Origin: Burkholderiales bacterium
Lineage (GTDB): Bacteria > Pseudomonadota > Gammaproteobacteria > Burkholderiales > JACQAP01
Direction: 5' to 3'
DNA length: 64,000 bases
Assembly: GCA_046590325.1 (NCBI GenBank)
Contig: JBKJUC010000037.1
Location: forward strand, 3,457-67,456
Made by a program: the position numbers and the translations under genes. Under the pieces are notes generated by a model. It worked only from the letters and a program-made list of their open reading frames with translations. It made no database searches and was not told the DNA's origin. Below are positions 18,093 through 28,116 of the stretch, piece by piece. Position 1 is the first letter of the stretch; the number at the start of each line of letters is the position of its first letter.

Positions 18093-18122
18093 GGGTAGTG
18101 GCTAGTGGCTAGTGAACGGCAT
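18083..18122 (-). repeat. 10-nt direct repeat of the gcvPA start region plus a heptamer tandem repeat, creating a 6-codon upstream mini-ORF
   Basis: Minus-strand ATGCCGTTCA occurs at the gcvPA start (18083-18092) and again 30 nt upstream (18113-18122). Between the copies lies CTAGCCA x2.5. The upstream copy reads ATG CCG TTC ACT AGC CAC TAG (MPFTSH*). Confidence 0.6.
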
Positions 18123-18167
18123 CGCGCAACAAATGGCCTGCGTAATGGTGGTCATGCCGTCAAGACC

Positions 18168-18557
18168 CTATTTCGATTCGGCTTCGACGAGCTTCTGGTA
18201 AGCAGCGGCATCGAGCAGGGAGGCAAGCTCCGCGACATCGGCCGGCTTGAGCTTGAACATCCAGGCCTGGTAGGCGCCCTGGTTGATTTTCTCGGGCGCC
18301 GTTTCGAGTTCCGCATTCACCGCCACCACTTCGCCGCCGATGGGCGCATAAATATCGGATGCCGCTTTCACCGATTCCACCACGCCGCATTCCTCGCCTT
18401 TGCGCAGATCGCGCCCGACTTTCGGATTCTCGACGAACACCAGATCGCCCAGCAGATCCTGCGCATGGTGGGTGATGCCTACGGTCGCGTTGCCGTCCGC
18501 ATCCAGCCTGACCCATTCGTGGCTGTCGGAGTACTTCAGATCGGCGGGAATGGACAT
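18168..18557 (-). CDS. gcvH: Glycine cleavage system protein H
   Basis: [16 protein letters not shown]... and [13 protein letters not shown] (lipoyl-lysine motif). ATG at 18555-18557 with AGGAG 6 nt upstream. The track ORF starts at an upstream TTG. Confidence 0.92.
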   Translation of the reverse strand: MSIPADLKYSDSHEWVRLDADGNATVGITHHAQDLLGDLVFVENPKVGRDLRKGEECGVVESVKAASDIYAPIGGEVVAVNAELETAPEKINQGAYQAWMFKLKPADVAELASLLDAAAYQKLVEAESK

Positions 18558-18573
18558 GGTTCGCTCCTGGGAT

Positions 18574-19686
18574 TCAGCGGGGTTCGACAAAGGCGGGGAA
18601 ATCCACCAGCAGGCTGTGGCCGCGGCGTACGAAGGGACATTTTACAGTCCTTGCCGCCAGCCACTTGTCGCGGACGCTCACTTTCACCTGCTGATCCGGC
18701 AGCACCGCAACGGGAAGCCGGGCGAGCGCGATGGAAGTCTGCAGCGTGGGCGAAAAGCTTCCGCTGGTGGTCAAACCCGGTCCGCCAGGTGTTTCCACAG
18801 GCTGGTGCGCACGCAGCACGCCACGCTCTAGCAGAACAAGGCCCAGCATGCGCGCGCGGCGCGGGCTGGAGGTTAGCGCTTGCTTGCCGATGAAATCGCG
18901 CGGGCTCTGCAGATCGACCGTCCATTCCAGTCCGCATTCGAGCGGCGTCACGGCTTCATCCATGTCCTCGCCGTACAGATTCATGCCCGCCTCCAGCCGC
19001 AAGGTATCGCGGGCGCCCAGTCCTGCGGGCGCGACACCGTTCCCCAGCAAGGCATCCCACACTTTTCCAGCCCTGTCAGCAGGCAGCATCAGTTCAAATC
19101 CGTCCTCCCCCGTGTAGCCGGTACGGGCAATGAGCAGGTCCGTGACTTCAGCCGCGAAAAAAGGTTCGAGCCGTTCGCTCACCGCTTTCGCTTCCGGCAG
19201 GGCGCGCCATACTTTCTCCCGCGCCGCAGGCCCCTGCACGGCGATCATCGCCAGATCGCGCCGCGGACCAATCTTCAGGGGTCCGGTGATATCCAGCGAC
19301 TGTTCGCGCATCCATGCGAGGTCCTTGTCCGCGGTGGCCGCATTCACGACCACACGGTAGCGGCGTTGATCGAGAAAGTAGACGATCAGGTCGTCGATTA
19401 CGCCTCCCTCCTGGTTGAGCATGCAGGAATAGAGGGCCTTACCCGGCTTCTGCAGGCGATCCACGTTGTTTGCCAGCAGCTTCAGAAGAAAATCGCGCGC
19501 GCCATCACCCGCAATGTCGACCGCCAGCATGTGTGAAACATCGAACATGCCGGCGTCCCGGCGCACGTTCTGATGTTCCGCTATCTGCGAACCATAGTGC
19601 AGCGGCATTTCCCAGCCGCCGAAGTCGACGAGCCTGGCGTTCAGGTCGCGATGCGCTGCATTGAGTGGCGTGACTTTCAGGTTCAT
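18574..19686 (-). CDS. gcvT: Glycine cleavage system aminomethyltransferase T
   Basis: [38 protein letters not shown] is a canonical GcvT N-terminus. ATG at 19684-19686 overlaps the upstream gene's stop (ATGA). The 626-aa track ORF is an artefactual upstream extension. Confidence 0.92.
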   Translation of the reverse strand: MNLKVTPLNAAHRDLNARLVDFGGWEMPLHYGSQIAEHQNVRRDAGMFDVSHMLAVDIAGDGARDFLLKLLANNVDRLQKPGKALYSCMLNQEGGVIDDLIVYFLDQRRYRVVVNAATADKDLAWMREQSLDITGPLKIGPRRDLAMIAVQGPAAREKVWRALPEAKAVSERLEPFFAAEVTDLLIARTGYTGEDGFELMLPADRAGKVWDALLGNGVAPAGLGARDTLRLEAGMNLYGEDMDEAVTPLECGLEWTVDLQSPRDFIGKQALTSSPRRARMLGLVLLERGVLRAHQPVETPGGPGLTTSGSFSPTLQTSIALARLPVAVLPDQQVKVSVRDKWLAARTVKCPFVRRGHSLLVDFPAFVEPR

Positions 19687-20480
19687 GGATAGAACAGGTA
19701 CAGGCGATAGCCGGCGGCTCGTAGTTCGCCGGTGTTGAGGAACAGACGCACCGGCAATTCCGCGCCGGGTTTGATTGCGGTTGCGGTCACCGCCTCTGAA
19801 AGATACTCGCGGGGGAAAAAGATGCGCCGGGCAATCGCCTGGTCCTGACCGTCGGTCAGGGTGAGCTCGAACGCCGGATGGGCTAGGTCGACCGGCGCCC
19901 TGTTGCGGATGGAAACGGTCAGTTCGATCTCGTTGGGTATGCCCGCTTCCACGGCCTTTAGATCGGAAGCCTCGATATGCAGGAAGCTGGACAGCGCTGG
20001 CGAAGCCATGCTGCAACCGATGGCGGCGCAGACCTGTTCGTAGAGTTTGCGGGTTTGCGGCAAGGTCAACGACAACTCCGTGCGGAAGACATATGCGGAC
20101 TGTGCGGCAAGCGTAACCAGAAGTAGCGCCGACAACCCGAGCCACAGGCCGGTGCGCGTCGGTGTGGCCGGCATGCGAAATTCCCACTCGTAGAGGCTGG
20201 CCGCGGGATCGGTGCGCGGCGGGGGCGTTGAGGCCTTTTGGGTAGGAAAATCTGTGGCCGCCACGCCCAGTGGCACCGGTATTGCCGCTGCCGACAATGG
20301 CTCCATCGCAATTTGGGTTGCCGCGGATTCCTGACGGGGCTCCTGCGCGGTCAAGCTTGAAAAAGCGTCGAACACCTGGCTGCAGAATCCGCAACGCACC
20401 TGTCCGCCGGAACTCTGCAGCTGCTGCGTCGTTACCCGGAAGGTGGTCGTGCATTTGGGACAGCGGGTGAACAGGTTCAT
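19683..20480 (-). CDS. Zinc-ribbon (MJ0042-type) / DUF3426-like membrane protein
   Basis: N-terminal CPKC...CGFC zinc ribbon, one TM segment ([15 protein letters not shown]), and a C-terminal beta-rich domain. It follows prmA as in many Betaproteobacteria. Confidence 0.7.
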   Translation of the reverse strand: MNLFTRCPKCTTTFRVTTQQLQSSGGQVRCGFCSQVFDAFSSLTAQEPRQESAATQIAMEPLSAAAIPVPLGVAATDFPTQKASTPPPRTDPAASLYEWEFRMPATPTRTGLWLGLSALLLVTLAAQSAYVFRTELSLTLPQTRKLYEQVCAAIGCSMASPALSSFLHIEASDLKAVEAGIPNEIELTVSIRNRAPVDLAHPAFELTLTDGQDQAIARRIFFPREYLSEAVTATAIKPGAELPVRLFLNTGELRAAGYRLYLFYP

Positions 20481-20486
20481 GCGCGT

Positions 20487-21377
20487 CTAACCACGCTTGA
20501 CGCCACTCACGCGAACCCAGCCTTCCCTCGCGGCCAACGGGTCGAGGTCGAACCAGCGGACATAGTCGGCGGCAACCGCTTCGGCCTGGGATAGCAGGAT
20601 TCCCGAAAGCACAATGCGTCCTCCCGGATGGACAAGTTCGGCGAGCAGCGGAGCAAGGACCCTTAGCGGGTTGGCCAGGATATTGGCAACGACAACGTCC
20701 GCAGGTTCCGGCCTGGGGTCTTCAGCACGTAAAAACCGGGTGTCAACGCCATTCCTTTGCGCATTGTAGCGACTGGAGATGACAGCCTGCGGATCGATAT
20801 CCACGCCTGAGACGGCTGCAGCGCCAAGGCGGGCGGCGGCTATCGCGAGGATGCCGGAACCGCAGCCGTAATCGATAACGCTGCTGCCCGGAACGAGATG
20901 GCGGTCCAGCCAGTCGAGGCAAAGGTGCGTCGTCGGATGGCTGCCGGTGCCGAAGGCCAATCCGGGATCGAGCACGATGTTGATCGCCGAGGGATCCGGC
21001 GCCGCGTGCCAGCTCGGCACAATCCACAAGCGGGCGGAAACCTGTATCGGTGCGAACTGGTTCTGGGTGAGGCGTACCCAGTCCTGTTCTTCCACTTGCG
21101 CAATTTGATATGGCGGAACCGGCAGGACACCCGCGAGCGCGCAAGCCCGACCCAGAGTTCCGGCCACATCGATCAGAGGATCGAACAATGCCAGCAGCCG
21201 GTTGTCGGCGAACACCACGTCTATCTCTGCGCCCGGTTCCTGGAAGATCGGTGTTTCGGCGTCGGTCCCCGCGTGGGCGTCGGCGACATCCACCGACAGC
21301 GCGCCTTCTTCAAGCAAGGCATCGGACAGCGCCACAACCTGCGCGGCATCGACTTTCAGTTCCAGCGCAAGCCACAC
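20487..21377 (-). CDS. prmA: Ribosomal protein L11 methyltransferase
   Basis: PrmA-like sequence with FGTGSHPTT and the [13 protein letters not shown] motif. GTG start at 21375-21377. Confidence 0.9.
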   Translation of the reverse strand: MWLALELKVDAAQVVALSDALLEEGALSVDVADAHAGTDAETPIFQEPGAEIDVVFADNRLLALFDPLIDVAGTLGRACALAGVLPVPPYQIAQVEEQDWVRLTQNQFAPIQVSARLWIVPSWHAAPDPSAINIVLDPGLAFGTGSHPTTHLCLDWLDRHLVPGSSVIDYGCGSGILAIAAARLGAAAVSGVDIDPQAVISSRYNAQRNGVDTRFLRAEDPRPEPADVVVANILANPLRVLAPLLAELVHPGGRIVLSGILLSQAEAVAADYVRWFDLDPLAAREGWVRVSGVKRG

Positions 21378-21404
21378 AACGGCGTTCCTTCGCGAAAGCG
21401 GGAC

Positions 21405-22760
21405 TTACTCGACCTTGCTGTATTTGGAAAGTTTCTCTTCCAGATAATGGATGCTGGTGCCGCCCCGCATGAAGGACGTGTCGAGCATCAGTTCCTGGTG
21501 CAGCGGCAGGTTGGTCTGGATGCCCTCGACAATCATTTCCGAGAGCGCGATGCGCATGCGGGCAATGGCCTCGTCGCGCGTATCACCATAGGCAATCACC
21601 TTGCCGATAAGGGAGTCATAGTAAGGGGGGACGAAGTAGCCGTGATAGGCGTGCGAATCGACGCGAATCCCGGGGCCGCCCGGCACGTGCCAGGAAGTGA
21701 TGCGTCCGGGCGAGGGTGTGAACTTATACGGGTGTTCGGCGTTGATCCGGCATTCGATCGCGTGGCCGCGAAAGGAGATGTCCTTCTGCCGGAACGGCAG
21801 CTTTTCTCCCGCCGCGACCCGGATCTGGGACTTGACGATATCGACGCCGGTAATCATCTCGGTGACCGGATGCTCCACCTGCACCCGGGTATTCATTTCG
21901 ATGAAAAAGAACTCGCCCTTTTCGTAAAGGAACTCGAAGGTGCCTGCCCCGCGGTAGCCGATTTTTCGGCAGGCTTCGGCGCAGCGCTCGCCCACTCTGA
22001 CCCGCTCTTTTATCGAAATCAGCGGTGCCGGCGCCTCCTCGATGATCTTCTGGTGGCGCCGCTGCATCGAACAGTCGCGATCGCCAAGATAGACGGCATT
22101 GCGATGCTCGTCCGCCAGGACCTGGATTTCCACATGGCGCGGCGTCTCCAGGAACTTCTCCATATATACGGTCGGATTGCCGAAGGCGTTTTTCGCCTCC
22201 TGGCGGGTCATGGTCACCGCATTGATCAGAGCGGCTTCGGTGTGCACCACACGCATGCCGCGGCCGCCGCCGCCGCCCGCCGCCTTGATGATGACCGGGT
22301 AGCCGATCTTGCGTGCGATCTTTACGATTTCCTGCGGTTCTTCCGGCAGCGCGCCCTCGCTGCCGGGAACCACCGGTACGCCGGCCTTGATCATCGCGTT
22401 CTTGGCGCTGACCTTGTCGCCCATCATGCGGATGGTTTCCGGACGCGGACCGATGAATACGAAGCCGCTTTTCTCGACCCGTTCGGCGAAGTCCGCGTTC
22501 TCGGATAGAAAACCGTAACCGGGATGGATGGCTTCGGCGTCCGTTACTTCCGCCGCGCTGATGATCGCGGGAATGTTTAGATAGCTCTCGGCTGAAGCTG
22601 CCGGCCCGATGCATACCGACTCGTCGGCCAGCCGCACATACTTGGCTTCAGCACCCGCGACCGAGTGCACGGCAACGGTCTTGATGCCCAATTCGCGGCA
22701 GGCCCGCTGCACGCGCAGGGCGATTTCACCGCGATTGGCAATGAGTATTTTTTCGAACAT
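21405..22760 (-). CDS. accC: Acetyl-CoA carboxylase biotin carboxylase subunit
   Basis: [17 protein letters not shown]..., an ATP-grasp core, and [14 protein letters not shown]. Confidence 0.95.
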   Translation of the reverse strand: MFEKILIANRGEIALRVQRACRELGIKTVAVHSVAGAEAKYVRLADESVCIGPAASAESYLNIPAIISAAEVTDAEAIHPGYGFLSENADFAERVEKSGFVFIGPRPETIRMMGDKVSAKNAMIKAGVPVVPGSEGALPEEPQEIVKIARKIGYPVIIKAAGGGGGRGMRVVHTEAALINAVTMTRQEAKNAFGNPTVYMEKFLETPRHVEIQVLADEHRNAVYLGDRDCSMQRRHQKIIEEAPAPLISIKERVRVGERCAEACRKIGYRGAGTFEFLYEKGEFFFIEMNTRVQVEHPVTEMITGVDIVKSQIRVAAGEKLPFRQKDISFRGHAIECRINAEHPYKFTPSPGRITSWHVPGGPGIRVDSHAYHGYFVPPYYDSLIGKVIAYGDTRDEAIARMRIALSEMIVEGIQTNLPLHQELMLDTSFMRGGTSIHYLEEKLSKYSKVE

Positions 22761-22802
22761 CTGGGTTCCGGAACCGCGGCGGAGCGAACCTGCCGCGAAG
22801 AA

Positions 22803-23261
22803 TCAGCCGATTATAAAAAGCGGCTGGCCGTATTCGACCGGCTGGCCATTCTCGACGAGGATCGCCTTGACCGAGCCGCCTTGGTCGGCCTCGATCTCGT
22901 TCAACAGCTTCATCGCCTCGATGATGCAAAGGGTGTCGCCGGCATTCACCGACTGGCCCAATTCCACGAAGGGCTTGGAGCCGGGTGCGGAGGAAAGGTA
23001 GAAGGTTCCAACCATGGGCGATTTCACCACGTGGCCTTCCGGCACCGCGGGGGCTTCGGGTGCGACGGCGGCAACAGCGGCAGCAGCAGCGCCGGGTGCG
23101 GCGGCAACGGGCGCCGTGTGGGGCATGTTCATCACCGTGGTCTGCATGGCGTTGCCGATGCGGTTGATGCGGACCTTTTCCTCGCCCTCGGTGATCTCCA
23201 ACTCCGCAATTCCCGATTCCTGGACCAGGTCGATCAGCTTTTTGAGTTTTCTCAGATCCAT
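22803..23261 (-). CDS. accB: Acetyl-CoA carboxylase biotin carboxyl carrier protein
   Basis: Ala/Pro linker and [14 protein letters not shown] biotinyl-lysine motif. Confidence 0.95.
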   Translation of the reverse strand: MDLRKLKKLIDLVQESGIAELEITEGEEKVRINRIGNAMQTTVMNMPHTAPVAAAPGAAAAAVAAVAPEAPAVPEGHVVKSPMVGTFYLSSAPGSKPFVELGQSVNAGDTLCIIEAMKLLNEIEADQGGSVKAILVENGQPVEYGQPLFIIG

Positions 23262-23290
23262 GGTGTTCTCGCTCCCGTGTAACTGGGCTC

Positions 23291-23755
23291 TTATTTTGTC
23301 GGTGCGGACGTCACGAACTGCTCGAGTGCATAGTCATAGCCCTTCGAGCCCAGGCCGCAAATAACGCCCACGGCCTGGTCGCTGAAATACGAATGCCGCC
23401 TGAACGGCTCACGGGCATGCACGTTCGACAGGTGGACCTCGATGAACGGAATGGCGACCGCAGCCAGGGCATCGCGCAATGCCACACTGGTATGGGTGAA
23501 GCCGGCGGGATTGATGATGATGAAATCCACCGCAGACCTGGACTGATGCACCCGGTCGATCATTTCCGCTTCGGAGTTGCTCTGGAAACTGTTGAGTTTG
23601 ACCCCAGCCTTCGCCGCTCGTGCCGCAAGACGCTTGTTGATGTCGGCCAGAGTCTCCCGTCCGTAGATCTTCGGCTCACGCGTGCCGAGTAGATTGAGGT
23701 TGGGGCCGTGCAGTACCAGCACACTTCTGGACCTCTTCGCTGCCGAAGACCCCAC
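23291..23755 (-). CDS. aroQ: Type II 3-dehydroquinate dehydratase
   Basis: [21 protein letters not shown] and [19 protein letters not shown]. The start is uncertain: GTG at 23753-23755 is chosen, and the track ORF begins at a TTG at 23788. Confidence 0.88.
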   Translation of the reverse strand: MGSSAAKRSRSVLVLHGPNLNLLGTREPKIYGRETLADINKRLAARAAKAGVKLNSFQSNSEAEMIDRVHQSRSAVDFIIINPAGFTHTSVALRDALAAVAIPFIEVHLSNVHAREPFRRHSYFSDQAVGVICGLGSKGYDYALEQFVTSAPTK

Positions 23756-24021
23756 GTTCCCGCCTTTCGACGAATTCAATCCGGGCAATTTTGCCGCAAG
23801 TTCAACGAATTTGTCCAGATTTAGCGCTTTTTAAACAACCTGTCTTCGTCGCTGGCGGTACTGATGTCCAGGAAAGGATGCCTCAGGAGTTGCAGTATTG
23901 CCTGGGTCCAATGCTGGGCCATGGCCTATGGCGAGCGTCTAGAATGAGATGTCGATTAATCCGGTTTTTTGGACGAAATTACTGGCTTTTTGCAAGATTT
24001 AAGGTCGTTATCGCAGGAGAA

Positions 24022-24540
24022 CTAAAGCAGGGGCTCAACCAGGGAATTCAATGTTTTCTCGTCCAGTATCCCTGATTCAGACGATACCCACTTCCCCTCC
24101 CGGTCCAGGATCACAGTGAAAGGCAGCCCACCAGCCTGATTACCGGCCTGCTTTGTGATTTCGACCACGGCCATATCGGCAAGCAATACGGGGTAATTCA
24201 TTCGGTATTTAGCAGCAAATTGCCGTACTTTTTCGGGTTGATCGGCGGCGATACCTACAAATTGAACGCCCCTAGCCCTGAGTTTTTCCTGCATCCGGAT
24301 GAAATCCGGAATCTCTTTTAGACAAGGCGGGCACCAAGTCGCCCAGAAATTGACCACGAGCACGCTCCCTCGCCATTCGGCAAGGGAACGGGAGCGGCCC
24401 TGAAGGTCCGGAAACGAGGCTGCCATAAGGGGTCTGATGTCGACCGGATCCCGCACCCCGGTTTGACTGAAGATATAGCCGGAAACCAGGGCGGCCACCG
24501 CAACCACGGCATAAAGTGCGGGGCGCGCGCTTGCGTTCAC
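24022..24540 (-). CDS. TlpA/ResA-like periplasmic thiol:disulfide oxidoreductase
   Basis: N-terminal TM anchor and NFWATWCPPC thioredoxin motif. The GTG start overlaps the dsbD stop (GTGA). Confidence 0.85.
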   Translation of the reverse strand: MNASARPALYAVVAVAALVSGYIFSQTGVRDPVDIRPLMAASFPDLQGRSRSLAEWRGSVLVVNFWATWCPPCLKEIPDFIRMQEKLRARGVQFVGIAADQPEKVRQFAAKYRMNYPVLLADMAVVEITKQAGNQAGGLPFTVILDREGKWVSSESGILDEKTLNSLVEPLL

Positions 24541-26786
24541 CGGTTGATTACCGCATCCAGAACCCGCGTGAACCGTTCGGCCGACTGGAAGCCGATGACC
24601 CGGGTGTCTTTGAGCTCCGCCCCCTGACGATCGAAAAAAATGATTCCCGGTGGACCGAACAGGCCGAAATGCGCCAGTAGCGCCTTGTCGTTCTCGTTGT
24701 TGGCGGTGACGTCGGCCTGAAGCAGCAGCATTCCGCCCAAGCGCTGGCGCACCCCTTCATCGCTGAACGTAAACCGCTCCATTTCCTTGCAGGAGACGCA
24801 CCAGTCGGCATAGAAATCCAGCATCACCGGGCGACCGGCGCCTGCCACGGCAGCATCCAGTTCTGTCAGGGAACGCACCCGCACAAACGGCGTGTGCGAC
24901 AAAACTCCCGCGCCGCCACCTGGACGCAGGCCGGAAAGCGGCTGCAGGATGTCGCGGCCACCGGTGAGGGCGCCCACGAGCAGTGCCATGCCGAGCAGCA
25001 GCGCCATAACGCCGACGCCTTTCCATAGTCTGCGGAAACCACTCGCTCCCGGCGGCAAGGGGTCAATGGCATGCAGGTAAATGGCCGAGACGATCAGCAG
25101 CGTCGCCCACAGCAACATATGAGCAACGGCCGGAATCACCGGTGAAATGATCCAGATCGCTGTTGCAAGCAGCAATACGCCGAACAGGTTCTTCACCGAT
25201 TGCATCCACGCTCCCGCCTTCGGCAGGAGCGCACCGGCGGACGCTCCGATCACCAGCAAGGGCAATCCCATTCCGATCGCCATGGCAAAAAGGGCGGAAC
25301 CGCCCAGGACCATGTCTCGCGACTGGCTTATATAGAGCAAGGCGCCGGCGAGGGGCGCGGCGACACAGGGGCCGACGATGACGGCGGAAAGGATACCCAT
25401 CAGGAACACACCGGTCAGCGTGCCGCCCTTGAGCCGGTTGCTGGCCGTGCTCAGCCTGCTCTGCAGGGCGGAGGGCAACTGCAGTTCGTAAAAGCCGAAC
25501 ATGGAAATCGCTAGTACGACGAACACCAGCGCGAACGCACCCAGCACCCAGGGATTCTGCAATGCGCTCGACAACAGGGTGCCGGTGACCCCGGCGACGA
25601 CACCGGCAATGGCATAGGCCAGGGCCATCCCCAGCACGTATGTTGCGGAGAGCCCAAGACCGCGACCGCGCGTCATATGTTCGCCCTGGCCGGCGATGAT
25701 GCCGGACAGAATGGGAATCATCGGCCACATGCACGGGGTCAGGGACAGGAGCAGGCCAAAGCCGAGGAAGCTTGCAATGACCAGCACGAAGTTGCCGCCT
25801 CTGAGCAGGCTGGCGATCCGGCTGTCGTCGGCAAGTGTCGTGGAGGCCGATGAAACGGAATCCGACGCCGAAGCCGCGGCCGGCGAACCGTCGGCAACGA
25901 ACGCCAGCGGGAAGATCTTTTTTTCGGGTGGATAGCACAGACCCTTTTCGCTGCAACCCTGATAGCCAACCACGAGAGTGAAGGGACCGCTCGCCGGATT
26001 CTTGAGGCGCACCACTGCCTGAAACGGCTGGTGGAAAACCTCCGTATCGCCGAAATTCGGATCCTTTTTCTTGTCCCCACGCGGCAGTTGAACGGAATCA
26101 ATACCCGCCCCGGCTGCAGCGTCGACAGCAAAAGTAGTCTTGTCCCGATAGAGGTAATAGGTTTTCGCTGGCGCAAAACGCACCACCACGGTCTGCGCAT
26201 CGGGCATGCGGGCTTGCACTTTAAAAGCCTGGTCGACAGGCAGGAATCCGCCGTCATCCTGCCGGGCTGGCACCGGATCGCTCGGCCTGGCCAGCGGCCC
26301 CTGCGATTTGCGTTGCGGGACCACTGAGCTTTCCGCGCTAGCCTTGGCGGCCGGCAGGATTTCCACGTGGTGCGTTTGAGGCGGATAACAGATGCCCGCA
26401 TCGGCGCAGCCTTGTGATACCGCTTTAAGCGTGGCGCCGGTCCGAAGCGGTGCCGACAGCTGCAAACTCAGCACGATCTCGCCGCGATAGGTTTCTACCT
26501 TGCCGAAAAACTCATCCACGTGAACGACACCGCGTGGCAACTTCGGCCGCTCCACTCGCACGGAACCCGCCTGCATTGCGAAGCTGAACTTGTCGCGATA
26601 AAGGTAGTAGCCGTCCGCAATGCGGTAACGCACCTCGATCTGGCCAGGTTCGATCAATTGCGCGGATACGCGAAACGCCTCTTCGGGTCCGAGCAGGTCA
26701 ACGGCCCGCGACGCTGGCGCGGCAAAGAATGCTGCTGAGGCCAGGAGCATCCAGCAGGCGCGGGCAAGGAAGAAGCGAAGGATCAT
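24537..26786 (-). CDS. dsbD: Thiol:disulfide interchange protein DsbD with duplicated N-terminal (alpha) domain
   Basis: Signal peptide, then two DsbD-alpha-like modules, each with YYLYRDK and a C-x5-C-YPP motif (GCADAGICYPP, GCSEKGLCYPP). These are followed by a TM core and a C-terminal thioredoxin domain (FYADWCVSCK). 749 aa. Confidence 0.9.
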   Translation of the reverse strand: MILRFFLARACWMLLASAAFFAAPASRAVDLLGPEEAFRVSAQLIEPGQIEVRYRIADGYYLYRDKFSFAMQAGSVRVERPKLPRGVVHVDEFFGKVETYRGEIVLSLQLSAPLRTGATLKAVSQGCADAGICYPPQTHHVEILPAAKASAESSVVPQRKSQGPLARPSDPVPARQDDGGFLPVDQAFKVQARMPDAQTVVVRFAPAKTYYLYRDKTTFAVDAAAGAGIDSVQLPRGDKKKDPNFGDTEVFHQPFQAVVRLKNPASGPFTLVVGYQGCSEKGLCYPPEKKIFPLAFVADGSPAAASASDSVSSASTTLADDSRIASLLRGGNFVLVIASFLGFGLLLSLTPCMWPMIPILSGIIAGQGEHMTRGRGLGLSATYVLGMALAYAIAGVVAGVTGTLLSSALQNPWVLGAFALVFVVLAISMFGFYELQLPSALQSRLSTASNRLKGGTLTGVFLMGILSAVIVGPCVAAPLAGALLYISQSRDMVLGGSALFAMAIGMGLPLLVIGASAGALLPKAGAWMQSVKNLFGVLLLATAIWIISPVIPAVAHMLLWATLLIVSAIYLHAIDPLPPGASGFRRLWKGVGVMALLLGMALLVGALTGGRDILQPLSGLRPGGGAGVLSHTPFVRVRSLTELDAAVAGAGRPVMLDFYADWCVSCKEMERFTFSDEGVRQRLGGMLLLQADVTANNENDKALLAHFGLFGPPGIIFFDRQGAELKDTRVIGFQSAERFTRVLDAVINR

Positions 26787-26811
26787 CGAAAAGGAAAGAC
26801 CGTGTCCGGTT

Positions 26812-27141
26812 TCAGGCGGTCTCGGCGGCTACCCATTCCAGGTAGGGTGCCAGTCCGTCCACGACAGGGACACTGACGATTTCGGGAAGTTCATACGGGT
26901 GATTGGCACGAATTGCGGCTTCCAGCTTGCGATACGACGCGGCTGCAGTCTTGATCAGCACCGGCACTTCGGATGCCGTTTCGACCTGGCCCCTCCATCG
27001 GTAAACCGAGGTGCATTCGGATAGCACATTCACGCATGCCGCCAGCCGCTGGTCGACCAGCAAGCCCGCCAGCTTCAGGGCGGACTCCCTGTCGGGAAGG
27101 TTCGTCAGCACCACGATGACGCCGGCGCAGGTTGCGGACAA
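26812..27141 (-). CDS. cutA: Divalent-cation tolerance protein CutA
   Basis: 109 aa. VVLTNLPD...LAACVNV...YRWRG...E typical of CutA1. TTG start. Located downstream of dsbD, a common pairing. Confidence 0.85.
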   Translation of the reverse strand: MSATCAGVIVVLTNLPDRESALKLAGLLVDQRLAACVNVLSECTSVYRWRGQVETASEVPVLIKTAAASYRKLEAAIRANHPYELPEIVSVPVVDGLAPYLEWVAAETA

Positions 27142-27186
27142 TTCATTCCCCTCGACGGATTGTTTGAAACTCCACAGGAGGCGGGG

Positions 27187-28062
27187 TCAGGCCCCGGTGC
27201 GGGCTGCGGAAACGCCCTGCGCCACCGAAGGATAACGCAGGCTCACGCGCAGTTCCTTCTTCAGCCGGCCGTTGGCAAGGCGGCGCGACTCGCGCATGAA
27301 GGACAGCATGTTCGCGGGTATCACTTCCTGGGCCGCCTCCCAGGTAATGCGCGGCGGGTGCGGCAGTCCGAATTCGTCGGCAACCAGGTCGAAATAGTCG
27401 CCCATCTTCATCCAGCTGTCGTCAGAGGCGTTGTACGCGCGTCCGGCCCGCGCGCGGTTCAGCGCCGCGATGACGATGCGGGCCAGGTCGTCGGCGTGGA
27501 TGTGATTGGTATAGGGATCCTGTTCCGCGTTAAGTACCGGCGTTCCGGCCTTCAGACGCGCGAGCGGCAAGCGCTCCGCTGCGTAGATTCCCGGCACGCG
27601 CAGGATGCTGACATGCACCCCATTCTCGACGCCCCAGGCGCGCAACCGCCGTTCCGCGTCGACGCGGCGCCTGGCACGGTCGTTCGACGGTCTTACTCGC
27701 CGCGTCTCATCCACCACCGCGCCACCACAATCGCCATAGACTCCGCTGGTACTGATGTACACCAGTCGCTGTGGTAGACTGCCGCCCTTTGCCAGCGCCC
27801 TGACGAGATTGGCGGTGCGGACATCGCGAATACCCGCGCCCTGTGGCGGGGCGAAATGCACCACGTCCTGCGCCAGCCCCGCGAGCCGGCCCAAAGTTTC
27901 GGGATGATCCAGATCTCCGGTTACCGGAATGATTCCGTCGGCACGCAGGAGTGCGTGCCTTTCTTCAGAACGCGTGAGCGCATAAACACGCCAGCGACCG
28001 TGCAAGGCACGCACAGTGCGCAGACCGACGTCGCCGCAGCCGACAATCAACAATCGTCTCAT
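27187..28062 (-). CDS. NAD-dependent epimerase/dehydratase family (SDR) protein
   Basis: MRRLLIVGCGDVGLR Rossmann motif. 291 aa. SDR-like sequence throughout. Confidence 0.7.
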   Translation of the reverse strand: MRRLLIVGCGDVGLRTVRALHGRWRVYALTRSEERHALLRADGIIPVTGDLDHPETLGRLAGLAQDVVHFAPPQGAGIRDVRTANLVRALAKGGSLPQRLVYISTSGVYGDCGGAVVDETRRVRPSNDRARRRVDAERRLRAWGVENGVHVSILRVPGIYAAERLPLARLKAGTPVLNAEQDPYTNHIHADDLARIVIAALNRARAGRAYNASDDSWMKMGDYFDLVADEFGLPHPPRITWEAAQEVIPANMLSFMRESRRLANGRLKKELRVSLRYPSVAQGVSAARTGA

Positions 28063-28116
28063 GCGCGCATTTTACCCCGGAGCCGAATGGCGGACGGGAA
28101 AGAGTAGGCAGAGCCC

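Noticed and set aside
18574-20454. A 626-aa ORF extending gcvT upstream across the DUF3426 gene.
   Set aside because: The canonical GcvT N-terminus begins at the ATG at 19686. The upstream 256 aa are Arg/Pro/Gly-rich nonsense overlapping a gene with a clear zinc-ribbon and TM architecture in another frame.
18093-20480. A glycine riboswitch upstream of the gcv genes.
   Set aside because: No non-coding leader exists upstream of gcvT because of the ATGA overlap with the preceding gene. I could not recognise the conserved glycine-aptamer core by eye in the 75-nt gcvH-gcvPA gap. An Infernal scan would be decisive.
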